Shown in pieces: positions 1 to 12,398 of a stretch of 64,000 bases of DNA (position 1 is its first letter; each line of letters opens with the position of its first letter). Source of the stretch: Eledone cirrhosa (lineage: Eukaryota); assembly GCA_964016885.1 (NCBI GenBank), contig OZ024741.1:61318001-61382000 (forward strand). The letters are read 5' to 3'. The notes under the pieces were generated by a model. The model worked only from the letters and a program-made list of their open reading frames with translations. It made no database searches and was not told the origin of the DNA. The translations under genes and the position numbers were made by a program.

Positions 1-619
1 CAATAAACATTAACCCTTTGTGCACCATTCATCTAACTGTAGACCAACAAATACCAACTAAACGGAGCATTGACAAGAATGATGGCGAATGAATCTTCGA
101 GGTAAGCAGTTTCCTCCCGAGCTGTTTACGCGGGATTCTCTGCTACACCTTTTCATAATAATACCGAACAACGTACTGCTGGTCACTTCTTCCTCCAAAA
201 GCCGTACAAAGCGGACATGTACATCAGGCAGATGGATCAGGTGCAAATCTACACCAGGCCTATGCGAGAAATTTGCAAGGGACTGCACCGACAGAGATAG
301 AGAGAAAGAGTAACTTAGTGGAAAGAGTGCAAATGAACTTTTGAGGTACACCTTACTGCTATTGCACTGGAACCTTCTGCCAACTTAACCTGTGACTTTC
401 TCTTTCACATTTACTCCAATAGGCCAAAACAGGGGAGTATGAAAAGAAGGGGCGCAACAATATTTCTATGAACAATGCACGTAGACAGCTAAACTGTACT
501 TTCAACTTCTTAATTTTCTCCAAATAAAACAAGTTTCCTGTTGGTATATTTTTGTGAGCTTTTAACAGGCACTCACAAATAAACGTTTCTCATTGGAGGT
601 GCTATTACTAATGTTCTTA

Positions 620-648
620 CCCGTGCAATGCCGGGATACACTGCTAGT
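620..648 (+). mobile_element. Probable Helitron 3' terminus
   Basis: Imperfect GC hairpin CCCGTGCAATGCCGGG (620-635) followed by CTAG (644-647) and T, the usual Helitron 3' signature. The element body upstream cannot be delimited. Confidence 0.5.
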
Positions 649-719
649 GTAAGATAAAACCTTTACTATGAAAATACAATAGTATATATAGAGCAATGTA
701 AATACTAAAGGGATAAACT

Positions 720-1000
720 TTAATGTTATCTATAACAAATATAGAGATGGTCAAACCACACTATCTAATTACCCCCTGACTGCCACAATTCCACTTCATC
801 CGTATTTGATTATAACATTTTGATCAGTTTCTTTTTGTTTTTGTTTTAAATTTGTTCTTGCATGGTTTAATCACAGATTTCCCATTTGCTTCCCAAAATG
901 GGCCCATCCCACCACCACCGCCACTTGTCTATCAAATTATAATCATGCCCCCAAAGAGATAGAATTGAATCAGATCAAATCAAATAGATTAATTTTTCAT
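720..1000. repeat. Unclassified dispersed repeat, second diverged copy at ~35365-35615
   Basis: Colinear shared blocks in both places: ttatct(a/g)taacaaatat, ctgactgcc.caattcca, gcttccc, atcaaattata. Confidence 0.55.
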
Positions 1001-2199
1001 TTGCTATGAAAACAGTATAAACTTAACTGCAGGGTAAAGAATCCATATAACAATTATATATATATATACATATATATAGAACAAATTTTAGGAAACCTAC
1101 TCCATATTTTGATAGAAAACCAATGTTCCATAGAAAAGAACAAAACGCCTAAATATGGAGATAATGAAACTCAATTGCTCATAAGATCTCAAATATTCAG
1201 CTGTTTACATCTAAAATATTTCATATTTACCAAATATTTTCTTTTTCAGAAAACATATCCAATATTTATAAACAGCAATATTAATTTAACGAGAAAAATA
1301 GAGCATATTTTACTGTAGATAAAAATTGAAATATATTTTCAGCAAAATTTTTTGTTTGCCTCACATTGTTTAGTGTTGTTGTTATTGTTTTCTGTTATTT
1401 TGCTTTTGTTAACTTGAATAAACTTGGAAATTTCTACTTCTGCATTGTCATGGAAATAATTTGAAATAATTACATTTTGATATGGAATTCTTTCAAATTC
1501 TTTTGTATATGCCCAACTTTCTAAGTGAGTTCTAACCAGTCATTTATTTATAAAATTCTGTGATTGTTTAGAACAATTCATGCCGCTATTCTATTTCAAT
1601 GTTGTTGATTCAACTGTGTGCATTTGTATGCAAAAAATAAACAGAAATTACAAAGGAAATGATACAATACAATGAATAAATATGTTACTTTTATGCTTGA
1701 TATAGCAGGAAAACAATCATAACGTTTTGGATGATAGTACTTCATCAAAAAATAGAATGAGAAATTAAAGAAGAAACAGAAAGATAGAAGAGAGTAATCA
1801 AAGGCAGAAACGAAAAATATTTCTTGGAGAAAAAGCAGGACTGTTCAGGTTGTCATCTCTTGGAACACTGTTGAATTCGGCATTTTGGCAAGAAAAGAAC
1901 AGTTTTTCTTTCAAACTTTATTCTGAAAACATGACTGTACTCCAGTTTAATCACTTTTATTAAGGATACTTGTCTATTTCCATATTATTTCATTATGCTT
2001 AGGTTGAAATAGTAGCATTCCTAAATATATGTGTGTATTAACTTATCAAAGCCATTATGACTCCATCTTCAGAACCAGAATGGTAATACTGGTCGTGTAT
2101 TGGTTCTGTGCTTAGCAGTGGTCATAAAGTATCATGGCAGTAGTTTACACACACACACCTTTTTATATATATATATGTGTGTGTGTGTTATGATTGGGT

Positions 2200-2500
2200 T
2201 CTGAGTACATAGACAAAAAGTAGCCAGTCCACACTGTAATGTGGTATCATCACCAACATGATAAAAAGCAGCCAGTCCATACTGTAAAGTGGTCATGTTG
2301 GTGACACAATAAAAATTACCGAGCCCACACTGTAAATGTGGTTGACAATAGGAAGGGCTTCCAGCTGTACAAAACAAACCAGGAACGGATCTGTATGAGC
2401 ACGACATGGTCATCTGATCTGACTAATCTCACAATGTGACAACATGTCTAGCCCATGCTAGCTTGGAAAATTGGATGTTAAATGGGGATGATGATGATAA

Positions 2501-2505
<5 letters not shown>
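2200..2505 (+). mobile_element. RTE-type 3' tail fragment with three ~47 bp tandem units and (GAT)n end
   Basis: aaaaa-agccagtccacactgtaa repeated, then aggaagggc..ccagctgta and cccatgctagc..ggaaa..ggatgttaaa..gatgatgat, matching the RTE 3' UTR at 27080-27315. Confidence 0.6.
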
Positions 2506-2542
<37 letters not shown>

Positions 2543-2545
<3 letters not shown>

Positions 2546-4120
2546 GTTAAAGAAAGAAGAGTAACATGGTTGGCTGTACAATAAGGGCTTTATTTAAAGT
2601 ACTGACAGTCGTTTCATTGATCGGGTGTGTCTAGAGTTCGCTAATCGCTTGAAGTTGCGTCAATCGATCTCCAATACATTGTTTACCACTGGTCAACACA
2701 TCAGAGCACGTAGATATGAAAATAATTCACTCGAAGCAAGACTTATATAGAGGAGTAGCGTAAAACAAAAGAATAACATCAATAATAAAATAGCGTATAA
2801 TTAAAACAATAACATCAATAATAAAACATGTATGGTAAATAGATAGAGAAGTTACAGATGTAAAAAGTGACAAGTAAAATATAATGTAGAGTACATTAAA
2901 AAATAATAATAAGAAGAAAATGAGGAAATGGAAAATACAAAGAATTAAAAGAGTGAGAGAGAATTCTACAACGCACGCCAATAAAATCTGGCAGCTTAAG
3001 GGCAAAAACCTAAAATACAAGATTAGCTGGTCGAAATTATCGGCAGCAAAAGCCTACCGCTTTGGGCTCTGTAATTCAGAACTGCTACATATTTTAAGGT
3101 ACGACAAGATGCTGCGTAACAGCAAAATATAAAGATCCATTTTCTGTAGCTACTAGATTTACAAACTTCAAACCACCATGATTTGAACCAGCAATCCCAA
3201 AATTAGTACTGAACCACCTAGACTTTAACATATAGAATACACACTTTCACACCGCTATTAGCTATCAAACTGCCAACTGCTCACAGGACCATAAATCTCT
3301 GTACACTTCTTCCACCCTCTCTCCATCAATCTCATTAAGATAGAACAACCAACAAAATATCTACAACGAACATTTATCAAATGCCCTGTCAACCCATATA
3401 TAGTATACACCAATTAATCTCTATTTTATTGTCTTTTATTTTATCGGACCCTCCACACAAATTTATCTACATCTCAAATCTGGCCTCTCATGTTAGCACC
3501 AAAGAACATTTCCTCAAGAACTACTAAAATCTAATTCTAAGTACACTCTCTCACTCTTTTATTTCTTTGTATTTTCCATTTCCTCATTTTCTTCTTATTA
3601 TTGTTGTTTTTAATGTACCCTATCTTATATTTTACTTGTCACTTTTTACATCTGTAACTTCTCTATCTATTTACCATACATGTTTTATTATTGATATTAT
3701 TGTTTTAATTATACGCTATTTTATTATTGATGTTATTGTTTTGTTTTACGCTACTCCTCTATATAAGTCTTGCTTCGAGTGAATTATTTTCATATCTACG
3801 TGCTCTGATGTGTTGACCAGTGGTAAACAATGTATTGGAGATCGATTGACGCAACCTCAAGCGATTAGCAAACTAGAGACACACCTGATCAACGAAACAA
3901 TTGTCAGTACTTTAAATAAAGCCCTTATTGTACAGCCAACCATGTTACTCTTCTTTCTTTAACTATTATTACTCCAAGTATAACCTGCACAGAAATTACC
4001 GCAAACTCGCTGCATAACTATGGAAACATCTTGTTGAGTCAAACAAAGGCGTACGTTAAAACCATCCACGACGCGGAATACTCTAACCAGATTACCTCTA
4101 ACGATAACTTGTTATCCCAT
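2543..4120 (+). mobile_element. 5'-truncated Penelope-like element (family A): inverted pLTR arm, GIY-YIG C-terminal fragment, 3' pLTR
   Basis: 2543-2962 is the reverse complement of ~3546-3966. 2963-3132 encodes STTHANKIWQLKGKNLKYKISWSKLSAAKAY..LCNSELLHIL, like the PLE endonuclease C-terminus. The pLTR carries a hammerhead. (TA)n on both flanks. Confidence 0.8.
3800..3910 (+). ncRNA. Type I hammerhead-like ribozyme with long stem II insertion (mirror copy 2599-2709, minus)
   Basis: gtgct-CTGATGT-gttga...tcaac-GAAA-caattg-TC-agtac. Stem I gtgct/agtac, palindromic stem III caattg, core position 9 is U instead of A. Confidence 0.6.
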
Positions 4121-5176
4121 ATATATATTTATATATATATATTTTTAGTTTTGCGAGATTTTTTATATGAAATCGTGTGTCGAAACAAATATTGTTATAC
4201 TTAGAGAGAGTCAATTTGTGTAATAATATTGCCAGAATTAATAACAGAACACACTCACTGTTTGGTTGGTTTTTGCTTCTGTGTCTTTTATATCGGTTAA
4301 TTTAATTTATTCGGTCCTCAATGTTACCATTGACTGACCAACGGTTAAAAATACAGATACAATATAGACACAAATACATATATATAGTCTAACAAAGTTC
4401 TTTCGTTGCACATCTGCAACAGCGTCAGTGGTGCTATTATGTTTCCTCCCGTTGCATTGTATGCCTACGCCATCCTTTATTTAGTCTGTTTATTTATTTA
4501 TTTATTTGTTTATTTTTTTGTTTTCTCTGCGCATACGTTTGCGTGTGTGTATAGTGTTTTGTTTGATGTGTGTTCGTGTTTGGGTGACTGTGTATTGGTT
4601 AATGTATTCTATCTTAGTTTACTAATGTGTGTTTATATGTGTTTGTTGTTATTGTGCTTGTGTATTTATTTATTTATTTATACTTCTCTTAGGTCAGTGT
4701 TGTTTGTTTGGGTGTTGTTGTTATTCCATTCATTTTTCTGTTTAGCCTTGGCCTTCTAAGTTCTATTTCGCTGGCCTCTCTGATTTGCTTATCTGCTGGG
4801 TCATTTCTATGTTTAGATATTATTCTAATTTCTATGTTGTCTATTTTACCGTTGTGTTGTTGTCTGGCATGTTCGTATAGTACTGAACCGTTTTTTCGTC
4901 CTTTTAGTTCCCCCCAGTGTTGGTCTATCCTTTCACCTATGCTACAACCTGTCTCGCCTATGTATGTTGTTGTCATGTTTCTGCAAGAACCCTCTGTACA
5001 TCTTATGCTATAGACTACGTTTCTAGTTTTACAGTTTATCTGGGGGTTTACTTTATATATGATACATTTCCTATTAGTACAGTGGGTTTTCTTAAAAGGG
5101 TAGATATAATGACGATAGATATAATGACAACTCCTTAGAGAAACTATTCTTCAACCCAGCTGACAAAACATATAAG

Positions 5177-7260
5177 ATGGGTAATATGTATCCTACGAGG
5201 TTACCCTTTAATAAAAGAGTTTGCATACCACAACAAATAGATGACGAGACAGAGGCACAGTTCACCATTGCTCACATGATGATGTGGACCGATATCCTAA
5301 AGCCAAGCAGACGGACTGCCAACAACTTCCAGGCGTCTAACAATGGCATACCACCATTGTATAGGCTCCACAAAGACCACAAGACAGTCGACAACCCGAC
5401 AACAGGACCACCAACAAGACCTGTATGCGGAGCAAATATAGCTAGCAACTACAGGATCTCCTACTTCCTCTCAATGGTTATACGCCCCATAATCAAGATG
5501 TCCCCAGATGTATGTGACAGTACAGAGGACCTCCTCAGCAGAATCAGTGAGTGCAACAAAAACAGGAACCTATCCAACTGCATAATAGGCAGTATTGATG
5601 TGGTATCACTGTACCCATCCATTAACATTGATTTTGCTGTGGAAAAATGTGTGGAGATGATCATTAAGAGTGAGGTGGAGTTCTGCGACGTCGGCACAGG
5701 CGAACTGGGCCTCCTACTTAGACTTACCTACGACACTGACTACCTAGACAGCCATGACCTTAGACGTTTCTGCCCTAGTAGACCCATAAGAGGTAGACCC
5801 CCCCCCCCTCAATAGCAAAAAAGACTCCCATGGGAAGGTGGATTGGGTGGACGAAAGCTATACGGACCCCCCAAAATAATGATCAGGTAAGAAAAATGGT
5901 CGCACATGCAATAGGGGCTAGTATCAAAACTAACCTAAAGGGCCACATATTCAAGTTCAACGAGAAGATCTACACCCAAAATGAGGGAGCAGCCATTGGC
6001 GTCAACATAGCTGGTGACGTTGCCAACCTTTTTATGGTATGGTGGGAAAGGAGACTCAAAGATCTCCTTGATGAGAGCTCCATAGACCTCATCATGTACT
6101 CTCGTTACGTAGACAACATCAATATAGTAATAAGGACATCCCCACAAGAGAGCACTAACAAGTTTGATTTAGAACCTAGCACAATGGAAAGCATCCAGCA
6201 GATAGCTAATTCCATACAGCAGAGTATAACTGTAACTATCGACTACCCTTCCAAACACCCTAACAATAGACTACCTGTATTAGACACAGAACTCTGGATT
6301 AACACTATAGACGAGAGAGCCCAAATTCTCCACTCACACTATGCTAAACCCATGGCCTCCAAATACCTGATCCTCAAAAACTCAGCAATGTCCAGTAGTG
6401 CTAAGTTTAATATTCTGATCGCAGACTTGGTACGAGTGATGAAGAACGCGTCCCGCATGTGCGACCCAACAGAAATGGAAAGACACATCCAACACATCAT
6501 CAACCGCATGCAGTTCTCTGGCTAAAACCAAAGAGACAGAATCAGAGTATACGAAGAAACCACGGAGAAGTATAAGACCCTCATAGAACTGGACATGAAA
6601 GGAATTTGCCCATTATACAGGAGCAAATCATGGAATAGCTTAGATAGGGCTAGACATAAGATAGGGAAAGCCACCTCATGGTACGACAACCAGATATACC
6701 AGAGTGTCATGTTTGTGGACGCTACTCCTGGGGGGAAATTAGCTAACCAGTGTATAAAGGCCTTGAGAAAGACCCACTTAAAGATTAAGGTGGTAGAAAA
6801 GACAGGAACAACCATAAAATCCCTGATCAGCAAAACCTACCCTTTTAAGAAAACCCACTGTACTAATAGGAAATGTATCATATGTAAAGTAAACCCCCGG
6901 ATAAACTGTAAGACTAGAAACGTAGTCTATAGCATAAGATGTACAGAGAGTACTTGCAGAAACATGACAACAACATACATAGGGCAGACAGTTTGTAGCA
7001 TAGGTGAAAGGATAGACCAACACTGGGGGGAACTAAAAGGACGAAAAAACGGTTCAGTACTATACGAACATGCCAGACAACAACACAATGGTAACATAGA
7101 CAACATAGAAATTAGAATAATATCTAAACATAGAAATGGCCCAGCAGATAGGCAAATCAGAGAGGCCAGCGAAATAGAACTTAGAATGCCAAGGCTAAAC
7201 AGAAAAAATGAATGGAATAACAACAACACCCAAACAAACAACACTGACCTCAGAGAAGTA

Positions 7261-7263
<3 letters not shown>
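5177..7263 (+). pseudogene. Disrupted PLE RT + Cys-rich linker + GIY-YIG endonuclease
   Basis: Motifs RPVCGA, IGSIDVVSLYPSI, QNEGAAIG, YSRYVDN (YVDD mutated), PVLD, CTNRKCIIC, VVYSIRC...YIGQT..ER. Frameshift at the poly-C ~5798-5808 and in-frame TAA at 6523-6525. Confidence 0.92.
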
Positions 7264-7291
<28 letters not shown>

Positions 7292-7520
7292 ATACATACA
7301 TACACAAGCACAATAACAACAAACACATAAAAACACACTAGTAAACTAAGATAGAATACAATAACCAAAACACAGTCACCCAAACACGAACACACATCAA
7401 ACAAAACACACACGCAAACGTATGCGCAGAGAAGACAAAAAAATAAACAAATAAATAAATAAACAAACAGATTAAATAAAGATGGCGTAGGCATACAATG
7501 CAATGGGAGGAAACATAATA

Positions 7521-7566
7521 GCACCACTGACGATGTTGCAGATGTGCAACGAAAGAACTTTGTTAG
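7521..7566 (+). ncRNA. Minimal hammerhead motif of PLE family B (minus-strand copies ~4390-4435 and ~29572-29617)
   Basis: CTGACGA-t-gttgca-gatg-tgcaac-GAAA-gaac-TT. Stem I is degenerate here but perfect in the related copy at 55442-55486. Confidence 0.6.
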
Positions 7567-7756
7567 ACTATATATATGTGTTTGTGTTTATATTGTATCT
7601 GTATTTTTTACCGTTGGTCAGTCAATGGTAACATTGAGGACCGAATAAATTAAATTAACCGATATAAAAGACACAGAAGCGAAAACCAACCAAACAGTGA
7701 GTGTGTTCTGTTATTAATTCTGGCAATATTATTACACAAATATGACCCTCCCCAAG

Positions 7757-7787
<31 letters not shown>

Positions 7788-8095
7788 GGAGGCACATGGC
7801 TTAGTAGTTAGAGCATTGGCCTTGCAATCGAAAGGTTGTGAGTTCAATTCTCAGACCGGGTGATGTGTTGTTTCCTTGAGCAAGAGACTTTATTTCACAT
7901 TGCTCCAGTTTACTCAGCTGTAGAAATGCAAAGTGGTCGTGGAGGTGCCACGGCAAAAAGCACCCAGCACTCACTGTAAATGAGGTTGGTGTTAGGAAGG
8001 GCATCCAGCTGTAGAAATCATGCCAGAATCAGTTCCCGTCCCACCCTTGCAAGCAGGGAAAAGCGGACGTAAAATGAAATGATGAAAATGATGAT
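7788..8095 (+). mobile_element. tRNA-derived SINE with RTE-derived 3' tail
   Basis: A box TGGCTTAGTAG, B box GAGTTCAATTC. The tail cactgtaaatgaggttggtgttaggaagggcatccagctgtagaaa...cggacgtaaaatga matches the RTE 3' UTR at 27148-27315. Confidence 0.85.
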
Positions 8096-8662
8096 TTATA
8101 TATATATATTATATATATATATATTGATATTTTTTAACAATAAGCTAAATATTGTCCAGCTTTATCATAATCACAATTTTATGTCCATTTTAGCATATCC
8201 CTGTGTGTTACAAGAGGTGACTAAAAGGGTTGGCAACAGGAAAGGCATCATGCTGTAAAAAAAACTACTTCAAAAGAGACCACATGTCATGGGTCTTGCA
8301 AGGCTAACTTCTGCTTTAGTAAAGAAAATTACTTTAGAACATTTATTGTAGTTGTAAAGTACAAAGATGCTAGCAGCTAACATAGAAATTGTATAATTTC
8401 CAATCAAAGATTTTTATTATTACCAAACTCTGTGTGAATATCTTCTTTCTTATTCCTTATAACTTCTTTCACTAACACACTTCTATCTCTTTCCGCCTTT
8501 GATACAATATAGAACAATTCCAATACCAATTTCGTGTTATTTCTCTATTACAGAGAAAAATTGAAAATGAAATCAAACCTTTTATATTAGAAAGGTCTTC
8601 TCCATATGATAAGGATGCTCTAAAGAGATAGATATGGATTTCAATGAAAGAACATGAATAGG

Positions 8663-8800
8663 TGCAGGCATGGCTGTATGGTTAAGAAGTTCACTTTGCA
8701 AGCACATGGTTCTAGGTTTAGTCCTGCTGCATAGTAAATAGGCAAGAATCTTATACTATAGTTAACCAATATCTTGTGAGTAGAATTTGGTAGACTAGGC
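8663..8800 (+). mobile_element. Degraded tRNA-derived SINE (further copies ~19780-19915, 31430-31510, 32740-32868, 35880-35985, 46385-46500, 55836-55985)
   Basis: gcatggctgtatggttaagaagtt head, ggtt..agtcc B-box remnant, and the shared gtgag..gaatttggtaga block. Confidence 0.55.
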
Positions 8801-9324
8801 AGGCTACTTACACACAAATACACACAGACACATGTATATAAACATATATCCATCCATCCATATATACACACTAAAAAAAGAGACATAAATTTCAAATGAA
8901 AGAACATAAATGGGCTTGTGTTGTTAAGCCAGCGGGAGTGAAAGGACGATATCTTGTAGAGAAAAGTCTGTCAAGCAAAAGACTGGAAAAGGAAAAAGTA
9001 TTAATGTTCCTTCTATCACAAACAAATTGGTAAAAGTGAATTAAATGGAACTCTATAGGAAGCTTGACAATAATGCTGGCTGGCTTGTAGGTAGGCGGGT
9101 GTCTCCTGTATATTTATTAAGTAGTAATTATATACAAGCTTGATGTTGCTATACACTACTGATATTTTATTAATAATATTGTTTGTGGTGGTGGTAGAGG
9201 CAGTGGAGGGGGGGGGGGCAGCTGGTGGGCTTTGGCCCATTGTTGTTCTTGTAAGTCAACAGTAATAGTCTGATGATGAAGACAGTGGTGAATGAAAGAT
9301 GTGAAAGTGATCAATTTTTATTCT

Positions 9325-9778
9325 TTAACCCTTTATGCCACTATTTCTAATGGAATATACTGTATTTCAGTTAATTAAAGAAGAATTTTGAGGGAGTTAC
9401 TATTTTTTTAAAATTATTTCATTCCTGAGATAGAAAAGTGGCATATATTTCTTTCAATTATATTGGAAGATTTTAAAGTGGTTTTGTTTCATAAAACCTG
9501 AACCAGTGTCGCCCAGGCTGGTATCAAAATTCCTAACCCTTTCATGACCATATTTCTAATGAAATACACTATATTTCAATTAATTAATAAAGAAGTTTGA
9601 AAAATTTACAAAAATTATGAATTATTTCATGACTATGATAGCAATTTAATATATGGTTCTTATATAAAATTATGTGGGATGATTTCATTTTAAAAATGAT
9701 GATGAACCCTTTAAAATGAGTAACTTTGTTTCATAGAACCAGAGCTGGTTTTGGCCAGTTGATATCAAAAGAATTAAT
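9325..9778. mobile_element. Two tandem degraded TTAA-ended (piggyBac-like) MITEs; related remnants ~63348-63700
   Basis: Each starts (t)taacccttt and the two share an internal sequence (tatttctaatg.aata.act, cata.aacc, g.tatcaaaa). The second ends aaagaattaa. Confidence 0.5.
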
Positions 9779-9811
9779 ACATTAGTTAAAACAAAAAAAA
9801 TATTTTTTATT

Positions 9812-10305
9812 AGGTCGGACGATTGGCAGTATAGGTAGTGCATCAAACAATATGCTTTGCAGCATATTGTTACAGACCTTTATATTCTGAGTTCAAATCT
9901 CACTTAGCTTTTCATCCTTATGGAGTCAATAAATGAAGTAACAGTAAAGCACTGGGGTTGATTTAATCAACTTTCCCCTTCCCACTAAATTGTTGGCCTT
10001 ATGCCTAAACCAAAAACCATTACTGTTATAATTATTATTATTATTATTAACCCTCATACTGGATCCTTGTTGTCTTACATTATTTTTGGGGTGGTGGATT
10101 GGCAGTATTGGTAGAGCATCGGACAACATGCTTTGCAGCATAGAGTTACGGCCCTTTATGTTCTGAGTTCAAATCCCAGTTAGCTTTGCCTTTCATCCTT
10201 ATGTGGTCAATGAATTAAAGCACCGGACATGTACCGGAGTCAATTTAATTGACTTTCCCCTCCCCTAAAATTGTCAGCCTTGTGCCTAAATCAGAAAACA
10301 TTATT
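9812..10305 (+). mobile_element. Two tandem copies of a second SINE family
   Basis: gattggcagta..ggtag..catc head, ttctgagttcaaatc B box, conserved tttcatcctta..g.gtcaat core, gcctt.tgcctaaa tail followed by (ATT)n. Confidence 0.75.
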
Positions 10306-11275
10306 TTTTATATGTTCACTGTGCAGTTAGAAGTTCTGGGAAATTTTTAGGTGCAAATCTCATAGTCGTTTATGATCGAAGGTGTTCTAAAGTGGTATTA
10401 TAGAAAAGTTTGTGTCAAATAACAGTGTTTGGAGTATAGCTATAGTGTAGCAGGGTAGTATAGATTAGAATAAGGCTATTAATTAGAATCAACACTTGTG
10501 AAAATTCTCTCAGAATTCAATGTGTTTTATTGTCTCTAAAAAGGAAGTCATTATTTCAGTTTTTACACTGAAAAAATGCCATAAAAACTGGTACATATTA
10601 AATACCATTAGGATTGGTTATATTAATGGCTGCACTAACATAGCAAATATAGTTTTACTGCTGAGGATTTCTGGTACTTTCTAATTGCTAACTATAGCAA
10701 TTTATTGTTGTTGTTTGAGTTGTTTTTCCACCACCATATTATTATCATTATTATCATCATCATCATCTTCATTGCTTCCATCACCACTATCACTGCCACT
10801 GTCTCCACCATCATAGCCAGTATCATTATCAGCACCACAACCACCACAGCCGTTATTGTCATCATGATCATCTTTGCCACCATCTCCACTACCACCAGCA
10901 TCACCATCATTGCAATCAACATTATCTCCAACACCACCACTGCTGTCATCATCATCATCATCACTTACACCACCACTACAATCACCACCACCACCACCAC
11001 CTTCATGGTGGTGGTGTTTGTGGAGGTTTTGCTGTTGTTTTAGCTGTTAAAGTCGTCCAGCTGTTTTTGGTGTTGTTGTTGATGTTAATGTTGTTGTTAA
11101 AGTTATTCCTTTCATTGTTGTTGTTGTTGTTGTTTAATCCCAGGTCGACTGGATTTTAGTTTAACAACTGCCACATCTCAACACTGTGAACTTTTCTACA
11201 TCCTCAGGTTATAAACTTTATTAGGGATTACATATACACACCTGTATATGTATATACATGCACATATATAACATC

Positions 11276-11318
<43 letters not shown>

Positions 11319-11493
11319 CACCCTCCCTTACCCACTAAACTGGCTTACTTTCTATCATAAAAACCTTCACAATATCCCTGGTATGGGAAGAAGGCTGCCC
11401 AAGCAAAGTAGATTCAGCTAAACTAAATGTGTTGTGTGTGCATCTTTATATGCCTATGGGTGTATCTATATATATATATATATATATATAATT

Positions 11494-11687
11494 GGTGTTG
11501 GATGCTTAAAGCGCCCGTATGCGGTAGGAAAATCTGCTTCGTAGAATCGAGACGTATCCGACGACCGTGTTGATTTCAGAGTCAGGTGTGATCACCATAT
11601 CGATCGTGCTTTGAGCTGGTCTCCCGAGAAACATTTGTAATATGTCCAATAAATTCCTTTCGTCGCAACACTGATTCTCTTTTTCCT

Positions 11688-11690
<3 letters not shown>
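11494..11690 (+). mobile_element. Possible truncated PLE pLTR fragment in (TA)n
   Basis: CpG-rich ~200 bp between TA tracts, ending GAAAC-attt-GTA, aataaa and a pyrimidine-rich tail, the same layout as the 3' end of PLE family A. No CTGANGA is visible. Confidence 0.35.
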
Positions 11691-11722
<32 letters not shown>

Positions 11723-11726
<4 letters not shown>

Positions 11727-12060
11727 TCATCATTATCATCATTTCATTTTACGTCCGCTTTTGACTGCTTGCAAGGGTGGGACGGGAACTGATTCTGGCT
11801 TGATTTCTACAGCTGGATACCCTTCCTAACACCAACCTCATTTACAGTGAGTGCTGGGTGCTTTTTTTGCCGTGGCACCTCCATGACCACTTTGCAGTGG
11901 AATGATATGGACCCCAGTCCCTATCATCGCATTTCTACAGCTGAGTAAACTGGAGCAATGTGAAATAAAGTGTCTTGCTTAAGGAAACAACACATCACCC
12001 GATCTGAGAATTGAACTCACAACCTTTCGATTGCTTTAACCACCATTAAGCCATGTGCCT

Positions 12061-12062
<2 letters not shown>
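11723..12062 (-). mobile_element. tRNA/RTE-tail SINE, same family as 7788-8095
   Basis: Reverse complement of the 7788 copy with ~30 bp extra internal sequence, embedded in (TA)n. Confidence 0.85.
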
Positions 12063-12119
<57 letters not shown>

Positions 12120-12142
12120 TACATATGTATATATATATATAT

Positions 12143-12348
12143 GTAGGAGGTGAGTTTTATTGTAGTACAATAAAGCAATGCAATATGTTGATTTAAAACT
12201 GCACTATTCACAAGTGTTTTTTAACCTTTATATCATGTCTCCCTATTTTATCTGACGAAAACGCAAATGTCATCGCATGATGATATTTGTTTCTGAAATG
12301 CGCATAATAAAATACATGGAACTCTTTTAACCATCTTTTGATCTTATA
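12143..12348 (+). mobile_element. Short non-coding hammerhead-bearing PLE-type element (family C)
   Basis: Shares both termini with 20377-20678 and contains an intact hammerhead at 12245-12313. Confidence 0.7.
12245..12313 (+). ncRNA. Type I hammerhead ribozyme, canonical core
   Basis: attttat-CTGACGA-[caaatgtcatc/gatgatatttg stem II]-GAAA-tgcgca-TA-ataaaat. Perfect 7 bp stem I, palindromic stem III. Confidence 0.85.
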
Positions 12349-12398
12349 TTATGTATATATACATATACATGTGTATATGATGTATGTGTATGTATATA

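Larger units (their letters stand above)
4146..7760 (+). mobile_element. Penelope-like element (family B), 5'-truncated, with inverted 3' arm at 4146-5103
   Basis: 4196-5103 is the reverse complement of ~6836-7760. RT plus GIY-YIG coding region lies at ~5140-7263, and the pLTR carries a hammerhead. (TA)n flanks. A 13 bp duplication (tagatataatgac) sits at the inversion junction. Confidence 0.92.

Noticed and set aside
58-351. Overlapping short ORFs at the window start
   Set aside because: No recognisable domain or splice pattern. Possibly the internal part of the Helitron-like element ending at 647.
7788-7860. tRNA-like A/B boxes considered as a tRNA gene
   Set aside because: There is no complete cloverleaf, and the sequence continues into a multi-copy SINE body.
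10692-11043. Hydrophobic ORFs resembling membrane proteins
   Set aside because: They derive from degenerate (CAT/CAC)n trinucleotide repeats.
11349-11418. Minus-strand exon-like segment (tttag ... gtaagc) with one open frame
   Set aside because: It is short and bears no resemblance to the expected downstream THUMPD3 motifs, so chance splice signals are likely.
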